Made by a program: the position numbers and the translations under genes. A stretch of DNA of 41,633 nt, taken from the IMG/VR virus record IMGVR_UViG_3300032269_001699, positions 1 to 41,633 of that record. One strand, given 5' to 3'. This document shows, in pieces, positions 1 through 6,812 of this stretch (its first letter is position 1; each line of letters opens with the position of its first letter). Origin of the DNA: a virus (Duplodnaviria > Caudoviricetes). The notes under the pieces are model-generated. The model was not told the origin of the DNA, did not search any database, and was given only the letters and a program-made list of their open reading frames with translations.

Positions 1-484
1 GATTCGCTAAAACATATTCAGCTTTGTCACCAAATATTTCTGTTGCGCCAGCAAGGTTGGAGCGGCCTGTTCCTGTTACTTCATTGAGGATTATTTTTGC
101 AGTTTTTCCGCCAGTAAAATTAGGATTTCCAGCCAAAGCCCCACCCAATTGCGATACGCCCACAACCAGGCTGTTATTCATAATAACGCCTTTGCTATCC
201 ACATTAAAATCCGTGAATGTATTTCTGCTAACGCCGCCAGCGCTTGGATTGGTGATATTGACCACCGGCACACCATTTTGCGCCTTATCCAAACCAGGGC
301 GATGGCTTGCAGGTGCAGAGCCGTCAACAACTATGGCTCCATCAGCATAACTCACAAATGGCTGGAAAATAAGGAGGAACGATAGGAAATAGACAATAAA
401 GCAGCGGCAGAGCCAAAAAATAGGTGAATTTATTTCCTCCGCACCTTGATCGTGCGATTCTACATCACTAATAAAGCCAGTCAT
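1..484 (-). CDS. Filamentous haemagglutinin/CdiA-like TpsA exoprotein, N-terminal part (TPS secretion domain); runs off the left edge
   Basis: Manual translation from ATG at 484: MTGFISD...FIVYFLSFLLIFQPFVSYA|DGAIVVDGSAP...AQNGVPVVNITNPSAGGVSRNTFTDFNV...GVIMNN...LAGNPNF...AKIILNEVTG...SNLAGATEIFG..AEYVLAN. This is a signal peptide followed by hallmark haemagglutination-activity (TPS) domain motifs. Not in the ORF track because there is no stop in the window. Confidence 0.92.
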   Translation of the reverse strand, partial: MTGFISDVESHDQGAEEINSPIFWLCRCFIVYFLSFLLIFQPFVSYADGAIVVDGSAPASHRPGLDKAQNGVPVVNITNPSAGGVSRNTFTDFNVDSKGVIMNNSLVVGVSQLGGALAGNPNFTGGKTAKIILNEVTGTGRSNLAGATEIFGDKAEYVLAN

Positions 485-581
485 ACAACCCTACTTTTAA
501 TAAAATGCCTACTGGCTATGAAATTGGCATTTTATACGTTAAGAATGCTTTTTTAGGTGCTTAGTTTATACAGTACAATTA

Positions 582-597
582 TTAACAAATCGTTAAC
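582..597. promoter_or_regulatory. CtrA-like binding site (TTAA-N7-TTAAC)
   Basis: TTAACAAATCGTTAAC, about 100 bp upstream of the TpsA start; exact match to the alphaproteobacterial CtrA consensus, but in AT-rich DNA. Confidence 0.5.
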
Positions 598-892
598 AAA
601 CCTTAATTTATTTGATAAATATCAGGCTTTATCAGCATCTTGCTGCATTAATAATTGCATTGCGGTCATGCTAAGCAACCTTTGGGTTCATCTGTCTTAT
701 TTTATAACCACATTCCCTCTTAAAGACTAAAAACCTTTATCATTTTATCCTCGACAACAGCTTGGTTATAGAAATTTTTTAGGGATTTATCTTTCATATT
801 TAGAGCTGGTTTAAATAACATAGCCATACTCTTCTTTTTACAACCATTTTTGCGATAATACGCACCGCATTCTCTGCGTCAATTTTTATTAC

Positions 893-942
893 ATTGCATA
901 CTTGCAAACTCACTACCCCCAATTTATTGCAAACTTGCTAAC
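893..942. repeat. Pair of 17-bp direct repeats ATTGCAWACTTGCWAAC, 33 bp apart
   Basis: ATTGCATACTTGCAAAC at 893-909 and ATTGCAAACTTGCTAAC at 926-942; each is built from two TTGCWWAC octamers. Confidence 0.6.
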
Positions 943-1119
943 AATATGATTTATAAAAGAAAGTTCTTGCATAGCGTCACGGCATTATGTAGCCTTTAAT
1001 CATAATGCAAAAATAGTTTCTAATTTTTGCCCCGACAAAATCCCCCATATTTTATTCTCCCATAACCGCATTTGCATAAGCAGTGCGACTAAAAATCATT
1101 TAAAAAAGGAACAATCCTG

Positions 1120-1437
1120 ATGCAAAATCCTGATAGGGTAATAACCGAAGAAGATTTACAAGAATACTACGCAGATAATGGTGTTGTTGTGCAGACAGAA
1201 AAAAGGGTAAAATCTTATCTCAAGAAGAAAGGATTTTTCAAAGAACCTGATAGTAAAAATTCTTACCGCAACCAACACGGAAAATTAGCTTTTGTTTACA
1301 AAACAAGGGATGCAGTATTCGATAAAACAGGACAATTCAGAAAATATACGTTTGAAGGATTTTTAATCAGTTTTGGTGGTGAGGCAGTAAGTTGCTATAA
1401 CTTGAAGTTCACCAAGATTCCAAGGCCACAGTTCTAA
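1120..1437 (+). CDS. Hypothetical protein, 105 aa
   Basis: ATG ORF with AAGGGA upstream, protein-like composition, followed by a GC hairpin (GGGGCGC-GTCA-GCGCCCC). Confidence 0.6.
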   Translation: MQNPDRVITEEDLQEYYADNGVVVQTEKRVKSYLKKKGFFKEPDSKNSYRNQHGKLAFVYKTRDAVFDKTGQFRKYTFEGFLISFGGEAVSCYNLKFTKIPRPQF

Positions 1438-1764
1438 GATGGGGGCGCGTCAGCGCCCCAGACACCCCCACAATATCAGTATTGGCAAAACACCATTTGC
1501 AACATAATTGAACCTCTGATTTCGGAAAAACATAAATGAAAATGAGTACCCTCAAAAGACCCGTGTTTTTTCAAGTTTACCCCTCATTTTCCCCAACAAC
1601 ACCTTCATTTAGTTGCGTTTTGCTCATATTTCTCCTCTGCGTTATTTCAGCAACAGAGAGTGAATATCTAGGAAAACAGCGGCTTCAGAGCGGTTTTATT
1701 TTTTCTAAAAACATAAATGAATCCCTAAAAAAAAGGAAAACCACTCCGAAGGGAGAAGGTGGCA

Positions 1765-2751
1765 TTACGCCACCCTTACTTCCGCCATCACCTGTTGTTG
1801 TGCAGCAGGTTCGCGCAGCAACTTTTCAGCACTTTGCATACTACGGCAAATCATCTTAATTTTATCAGCAACAGATCCGGCACGTGATGGGTCAATCTTT
1901 TTTAGAATATCTACCTCACCATCTTTGTTGAAGAATTTAGATACGATACCGAACATTTTGTCGATATTGTTTTCAAGGGTGTTAATAGCCCTCATTTCTT
2001 CGGCTGATACTTTACATTCTGCAAACATTTCAGTCTGGTTAGCGGCATCAACAAAACTTTGAGCAATAACGGCTAAAGAATTATTATCTGCCCTGCCACT
2101 GCGTATCATCTGCCAAAAACTGTCCTGATATTCAAATGGTGTTTTCGCAAGATAAAATGCTTGTGTCGGACTAAGCAGACCTTTCGCTAAATATTCCTGA
2201 TAATCAGGTTTAAGTTTCAGCAATTGCAGCCTTTCGGTAATGCGGTGAGGCTGTGTAATACCAAGCTTGTGTGCTAACTGGAAAGAAGCAAGGCCGAAAT
2301 CATCCATAGCTTTTTTGAAAGCCCTGGCTTCCTCAAGTGGTGTAATATCCTGGCGTTGCAAGTTTTCAATAATCATCTGGTAGGTAACGGATTCATTATC
2401 AAGATTTTTAATCAGGACTTGAATTTCTGTAAGTTCCAGTAGTTTGCAAGCACGGTAACGACGTTCACCAGCAACAATCATGTATCGGCCTTCACCATCT
2501 GGCCTTACAACAATTGGATTCATTAAACCTTGCTGACGGATTGAAGCGGCAAGCTCACGTAGTTTACTTTCATCAAAAATTTTACGGGCCTGTTCTTCAT
2601 TCGCGTAGATTTTATCAAAAGGTAACGTAGCCAGCCCTTCCTTTGGTTGGCGTGATATAGACTTCTTTGCTTTAAGTTTTTTAACCTTAACAGGTAGCTT
2701 GCTGCGTGTTTTGGATATAGTGGTGCGGTTAAGCACTTTTTGCTTTGTCAT
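1765..2751 (-). CDS. parB: ParB/RepB/Spo0J family protein, 328 aa
   Basis: QARKIFDESKLRELAASIRQQGLMNPIVVR...YMIVAGERRYRA (GxRRxRA CTPase patch), IENLQRQDITPLEEA, followed by an HTH. Confidence 0.92.
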   Translation of the reverse strand: MTKQKVLNRTTISKTRSKLPVKVKKLKAKKSISRQPKEGLATLPFDKIYANEEQARKIFDESKLRELAASIRQQGLMNPIVVRPDGEGRYMIVAGERRYRACKLLELTEIQVLIKNLDNESVTYQMIIENLQRQDITPLEEARAFKKAMDDFGLASFQLAHKLGITQPHRITERLQLLKLKPDYQEYLAKGLLSPTQAFYLAKTPFEYQDSFWQMIRSGRADNNSLAVIAQSFVDAANQTEMFAECKVSAEEMRAINTLENNIDKMFGIVSKFFNKDGEVDILKKIDPSRAGSVADKIKMICRSMQSAEKLLREPAAQQQVMAEVRVA

Positions 2752-2774
2752 TTTAGTCTCCTTAATTTGGTTAT

Positions 2775-2876
2775 TTGGTTTTGTGGTTAATAAGAAAATT
2801 CTAGCCTACATGACCTTACCGTCAACAAAAATCGACAACCTTAACGCTGAAAAACAATTTATTTTTCAGCCACTTA
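2775..2876 (-). promoter_or_regulatory. Repeated early promoter module, copy 1
   Basis: Minus strand: TTGACG-N16-TAGAAT, then AACCACAAAACCAA leader and AAGGAG before parB; degenerate IHF-like box TTTCAGCCACTTA at 2864-2876. Confidence 0.85.
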
Positions 2877-2877
2877 T

Positions 2878-2945
2878 GCGGCGACCTTCAGAGGACACGG
2901 AAGTACCCCTTCCGTGGCAGGGTGCAATTCCCTGGAGCCGCTCCA
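2878..2945 (+). ncRNA. Non-canonical tRNA-Gly-like cloverleaf, 68 nt, ending in CCA
   Basis: GCGGC-GA / CCT-TCAG-AGG / A / CACGGAAG-TACCC-CTTCCGTG / G / CAGGG-TGCAATT-CCCTG / GA-GCCGC-T-CCA: four stems, a 5-bp/7-nt T arm, U discriminator and encoded CCA. Expression unknown. Confidence 0.55.
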
Positions 2946-2950
2946 TATTT

Positions 2951-3382
2951 TTAAGCAAAATCAAATAATGATGGTTCCGTCAATTTGGCTGGTTTTAGCT
3001 GCATAACCATTTCAGGCACAACAATACCAAGCTCCTGTTCAAACCACAGAGCTACCATACGTCTATGACACCATTGTCCAGGCTTGCTAATATTCTCGTG
3101 ACATAGCAATACTGGTGGATGCTCCTGTCCGGCAACTAAGCTTTGCAATTCGTTCCATACTTGCTCTGGGTTAAGAGGTTTTAGTATTTCATGAAAATAC
3201 TTCTCCTGGAATGCAGCCTGGTTATTATAAAATTCTGCATCATGGAACCAGGAGCCTGGGTTAAGCTTTCGGTAGATTTTGAATCCACCCATACCTCGCG
3301 GTGCGCCACGAGCGATAGAAATACGCCCTGCACCTGAATATTGATAAAAACTGCTCGTAAACATTAGCTTCTCTTGTTGCAT
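2951..3382 (-). CDS. DUF488-family protein; likely start at 3382 (MQQEKL), 143 aa
   Basis: ISIARGAP...YRKLNP...VLLCHE...WCHRRMVALW pattern. Start revised because the leader repeat and AAGGAG lie just upstream of ATG 3382. Confidence 0.75.
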   Translation of the reverse strand: MQQEKLMFTSSFYQYSGAGRISIARGAPRGMGGFKIYRKLNPGSWFHDAEFYNNQAAFQEKYFHEILKPLNPEQVWNELQSLVAGQEHPPVLLCHENISKPGQWCHRRMVALWFEQELGIVVPEMVMQLKPAKLTEPSLFDFA

Positions 3383-3393
3383 TATCTGCTCCT

Positions 3394-3444
3394 TTGGTTT
3401 TGTGGTTAGGATAAACATTATAGCCTGAATTGGCTGTAAGGCAC
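3394..3444 (-). promoter_or_regulatory. Repeated early promoter module, copy 2 (divergent -35)
   Basis: Minus strand: GTGCCT-N16-TATAAT, then AACCACAAAACCAA and AAGGAG. Confidence 0.7.
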
Positions 3445-3496
3445 TATTTTTCAGCACTTTATTCAAATAAAAGTGCCTTGAATTCTTTGATTGAAA

Positions 3497-3889
3497 TTAT
3501 AAAACTGGCAGTGCTGTGTGAGCATGAAGCACAGGTTCTAACCAGCGTTTGAGAGTGATTTGTTGTACTTTCAAAATAGCAGGGTCAATACCGATTTTCG
3601 GATTTCGTACTTTCGTGCTTCCCCTGCATTTAAACCAGACAGATTCCGGCTCGGCGGTATGCTCTAAAAGATTTACCTTTATTTGCATTTTGTGGTCGGG
3701 CTCTTCTTTGTATTTTTCATGAAAAGCAATTTCAAGGCGTATTACGCTAACGCCTTTTTGCTGTATTTTTACTAAGCAATCCATTACTGGCATAGGGAGT
3801 AAGATATTTTCTTTTTCGGGGAGCGTATCAAACTGCGGTAATAGTCTTTTGATATGCTCATAATTTTCGTGAGATATGGTTTGGCACAT
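3497..3889 (-). CDS. Hypothetical protein, weak DUF1249-like resemblance; likely start ATG 3889
   Basis: AAGGAG 8 nt before ATG 3889; NYEHIKRLLP...EPDHKMQIKVNLLEHTAE. Confidence 0.7.
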   Translation of the reverse strand: MCQTISHENYEHIKRLLPQFDTLPEKENILLPMPVMDCLVKIQQKGVSVIRLEIAFHEKYKEEPDHKMQIKVNLLEHTAEPESVWFKCRGSTKVRNPKIGIDPAILKVQQITLKRWLEPVLHAHTALPVL

Positions 3890-3909
3890 AATATGCACTC
3901 CTTTTTGGT

Positions 3910-4010
3910 TTGGTTTTGTGGTTAATAAGAAAATCCTAGCTTAATTAACCTTACCGTCAACAAAAAAACAACCTCGTAACTAGAAATAATTACTATATAT
4001 CAATATGTTA
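3910..4010 (-). promoter_or_regulatory. Repeated early promoter module, copy 3
   Basis: Minus strand: TTGACG-N16-TAGGAT plus leader; IHF consensus WATCAANNNNTTR (TATCAATATGTTA) at 3998-4010. Confidence 0.88.
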
Positions 4011-4011
4011 A

Positions 4012-4044
4012 AGGATGCGCGGAGGATATGCCTCCGCGCATCCT
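4012..4044 (-). terminator. Perfect 14-bp stem hairpin downstream of the 4050-4301 gene
   Basis: AGGATGCGCGGAGG-ATATG-CCTCCGCGCATCCT; only a short U tail on the minus strand. Confidence 0.65.
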
Positions 4045-4049
4045 GTTAG

Positions 4050-4301
4050 CTAAGCAATTTCTACTGGTTCAAATATTAGATGGCTTGAATATGCCTGGTC
4101 ATAGCGGCGGATAATTATTCCTTTACCAAGAGCATCAATATTAATTTCTCCTACTGATGCGCTGTAAACAGTGCCGATATAATTATCGCATTTCCATGTA
4201 GCCAGCTTCTTTTTATGATGTAGTGGCGGCATTGGCTTTCCATCTGATACTTTAACTTTATCACCGGGTTTAAATATTTTACTGTAATCTATTAATGACA
4301 T
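4050..4301 (-). CDS. Hypothetical protein, 83 aa
   Basis: AGGAG RBS; FKPGDKVKV motif suggests an SH3/KOW-like beta-barrel. Confidence 0.75.
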   Translation of the reverse strand: MSLIDYSKIFKPGDKVKVSDGKPMPPLHHKKKLATWKCDNYIGTVYSASVGEINIDALGKGIIIRRYDQAYSSHLIFEPVEIA

Positions 4302-4315
4302 GATATTGCTCCTAA

Positions 4316-4597
4316 TTATTCTTCTGTAACTTGAATGCTTTCTCCATGCGTAAAAGGAACTTCGGTTATGAAATAACCAAGGCGATTTACATAATTAAAG
4401 CCGCTTTGAATAATTATAGTGTCTTCACAATCAGTAAGGGTCCAAATACAATGTGGGTTGGCTTTCTTAACAAACTCTAATTCTTCACCATATGTCTCAA
4501 ACATCAATTCTGAATGACTGTTCTTTGTATCAACATGGTTTTGAATGGGTTTGTATTTTGTAACAAATTTCTCATAAGATATGGTTAGTGCGCTCAT
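4316..4597 (-). CDS. Hypothetical phage protein, 93 aa
   Basis: AAGGAG RBS and a leader copy at 4622-4634; FETYGEELEFV...IWT...SGFNYVNRLGYFITEVP. Confidence 0.8.
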   Translation of the reverse strand: MSALTISYEKFVTKYKPIQNHVDTKNSHSELMFETYGEELEFVKKANPHCIWTLTDCEDTIIIQSGFNYVNRLGYFITEVPFTHGESIQVTEE

Positions 4598-4645
4598 AAT
4601 AAGCTCCTTATAATTTGGATATTGGTTTGTGGTTTGATTGTTTTT

Positions 4646-4673
4646 GCAGCGGAGGAAATAAATCCTCCGCTGC
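4646..4673. repeat. 11-bp stem hairpin adjoining leader copy 4
   Basis: GCAGCGGAGGA-AATAAA-TCCTCCGCTGC; shares the GCGGAGG/CCTCCGC core with the 4012 hairpin and has no U tract on the coding strand. Confidence 0.7.
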
Positions 4674-4681
4674 TGGTAAGA

Positions 4682-6541
4682 TTATTCTTCGCAGGTCATT
4701 CCTTTTGGCAGCCAGGTTTTAAGTTTTTCTTGCTGCTCAATTGTATATATATTCTGCTCTGGATTGCTGAAAGCATTATCCAGAATATAAGCAACATCAC
4801 CTTTGGGTTTCTTGCTGTTGATTTTTACCCAATTTTCACCAAATATTTCCTGACCTAGTTCCAGCAAATCTTTTTTGGTAACGCGGTCAAAGAAATTTGC
4901 TTTGGTTGGCCTCCAGTGCTTTGCTACATCGACACAAAGGCGGTTACTGATTATTTCAAATAATGCAGGACGTGATAGCTCAATAGAGAGTTGAGGTTGA
5001 AGAGCCTTAGATACACAGGCGGCAAAGAGTTGTTGCTTCTCGTGTTTATTAAGCTCGCAGAATGCGTGAAAGCGTTCCACTTCATCATTAATGTTCAGCC
5101 AGGCAAGCGGAAGGCTATTAAACATAGTTTCCTCTTCTGCTTGCAATGCCGCTACTTGTGGGTCTTCTGAAATCAACAAGTGCGGAAGGTTATATTTCTC
5201 AGCTCGTATTTTAAGCCAATCCTTTCCATAATAGGAAGGTTTAATAGTTTGCATGCACATTAGGTACAGCGCAGAATCAAATGCAACCTCGTAATCTTGC
5301 GCCATATATTGCCGTACTGCTTGTAGGCGGTGATTCTTTAGCCTATCAATTAGCGATTGGCTGAAAGGCAGAGAAGCTTTTGTTTCTGTAGATTTTTTAG
5401 TGCCAGTATTATCATTAGAAATTCTATCTTCCGGCCTTACTAATCCTTCGTTAATATCCAATTCACCATTATATGAAATTGATAGTACGCATCCGGCAGT
5501 AGCATAATCTTCTTCACTAAAGCCGTGATAGGAAGAAAGTTTTTCATTAATGGCAGATAATTCTTCCTGGATACGCTCTACTTCTGCATCATCAACATCT
5601 TCCTCGCTTTCCAGGGCTTCCAGTTGATTTTCTAGGTTTTTTTGTGTGGTGATAAGTTCTTCAGGTATATCACCAATTGGATGTTGATAAATCCTGTGAT
5701 ATTTGGACTTTTCATCGTAGCCAAATTCAAACTTGGCTTCTACCCACTTCCATTTATCTTTGATTTCCAAACTTAGGTTATGTAATTTTTCCTCTGCTAA
5801 TTTTTGTAACAATGGTACATCTTCAAGATAACACTCATTTTGTTCACTGAATAAATCTTTAAGATAAGTGCCACCGGCCTCCTCATAGGCTTCAAGCCCA
5901 ACGAATTTAGCGAATTTATTATTACTCCTTACCGCAGTTTCGGTAAGGGCATTACGGATACTGTGCGGCTGCTTTATTTCCCAAGAATCCTTAACTCGCT
6001 TGTATAGGGATTCCTGCACTTTATGGTCGTCGGTTAAAGCAAAAGCCATAAGAACATCGAGCGATAATTTTTCAGCGCGGTATGCTTTTATTAATTTTGG
6101 TGATATCCTGCCTAATTTAAGACGCTTCTGGACAAATAAATCTGTTACACCAAAACGTGCGGCAACCTCGGAAACAGTCATGCCTTGGTCTATAAGTTTA
6201 GCATACGCTTCAAACTGATCTGCCGGGTGCATTTCAGTACGCACCATGTTCTCTGCAAGGCTTATTTCTTTGGCTTTCTCTGCGTCAACGACTTCGCATT
6301 GCACCTCGTGACTTGCAGGTAGTTCACCTTCTTTTTGTAAGGTTTGCATAGCTAAAAGTCGTCTGCCTCCTGCTATGACTTCAAACTTCTTTTTGTCATT
6401 GGCCGGAATAACAATCAGATTTTCTAATAATCCATGTGAGCGAATACTGGCTACCAGTTCTTCTAATCCTCTTTCACGGTCAGTTTTCCTGACGTTATGG
6501 GCCTTAGAAATAGTTAATGACGATAGTTTTATAGGTTGCAT
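4682..6541 (-). CDS. Long ParB/RepB/Spo0J-family protein (plasmid/ICE type), 619 aa
   Basis: NVRK...LEELVASIRSHGLLENLIV...VIAGGRRLLA...SLAENMVRTEMHPADQFEAY, HTH (VSEVAARFGV), VGLEAYEEAGG...DLF, C-terminal WRPTKANFFDRV and WLP. Confidence 0.9.
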   Translation of the reverse strand: MQPIKLSSLTISKAHNVRKTDRERGLEELVASIRSHGLLENLIVIPANDKKKFEVIAGGRRLLAMQTLQKEGELPASHEVQCEVVDAEKAKEISLAENMVRTEMHPADQFEAYAKLIDQGMTVSEVAARFGVTDLFVQKRLKLGRISPKLIKAYRAEKLSLDVLMAFALTDDHKVQESLYKRVKDSWEIKQPHSIRNALTETAVRSNNKFAKFVGLEAYEEAGGTYLKDLFSEQNECYLEDVPLLQKLAEEKLHNLSLEIKDKWKWVEAKFEFGYDEKSKYHRIYQHPIGDIPEELITTQKNLENQLEALESEEDVDDAEVERIQEELSAINEKLSSYHGFSEEDYATAGCVLSISYNGELDINEGLVRPEDRISNDNTGTKKSTETKASLPFSQSLIDRLKNHRLQAVRQYMAQDYEVAFDSALYLMCMQTIKPSYYGKDWLKIRAEKYNLPHLLISEDPQVAALQAEEETMFNSLPLAWLNINDEVERFHAFCELNKHEKQQLFAACVSKALQPQLSIELSRPALFEIISNRLCVDVAKHWRPTKANFFDRVTKKDLLELGQEIFGENWVKINSKKPKGDVAYILDNAFSNPEQNIYTIEQQEKLKTWLPKGMTCEE

Positions 6542-6566
6542 TTTAAGTCTCCTTTAATTGTTAAAA

Positions 6567-6667
6567 TTGGTTTTGTGGTTTAGTAAGTAAATTCTACCTT
6601 AGTTGACCTTACCGTCAATCAAAATCAACCTGCAAAAGCAAAATAATCACCGATAATCAACATGTTA
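6567..6667 (-). promoter_or_regulatory. Repeated early promoter module, copy 5
   Basis: Minus strand: TTGACG-N16-TAGAAT plus leader; IHF consensus AATCAACATGTTA at 6655-6667. Confidence 0.88.
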
Positions 6668-6783
6668 TCAGAGTTGCGTCTTGTAATGTGTTTTTTACTT
6701 GCTGGAATGAGGGCAAATAGGTAAATATAAAGCTGCAAATGCAAATTCTCCTTAATTTGGATTTTTTTGCGTTTTGTGGTTTG

Positions 6784-6807
6784 GTAGCGGGGGTGGTTCC
6801 CCGCTAC
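6784..6807. repeat. 9-bp stem hairpin adjoining leader copy 6
   Basis: GTAGCGGGG-GTGGTT-CCCCGCTAC directly after the MTase stop, followed on the minus strand by AAACCACAAAAC and AAGGAG. Confidence 0.7.
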
Positions 6808-6812
6808 TTCTA

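Noticed and set aside
24-385. Plus-strand ORFs 24-350 and 149-385
   Set aside because: Shadows of the minus-strand TpsA gene, which has clear motifs.
1495-1522. Possible dif/Xer site (TTATGTTGCAA on the minus strand)
   Set aside because: Only an XerD-like half is present; there is no convincing XerC arm at 6-bp spacing.
1536-1859. 107-aa plus-strand ORF
   Set aside because: It overlaps the parB 3' end and its probable terminator, has no RBS and shows low-complexity composition.
2878-2945. Canonical translational tRNA gene
   Set aside because: No U8/A14/GG D-loop, no TTC in the T loop, an over-long anticodon stem and mismatches at acceptor pairs 6-7; reported only as tRNA-like.
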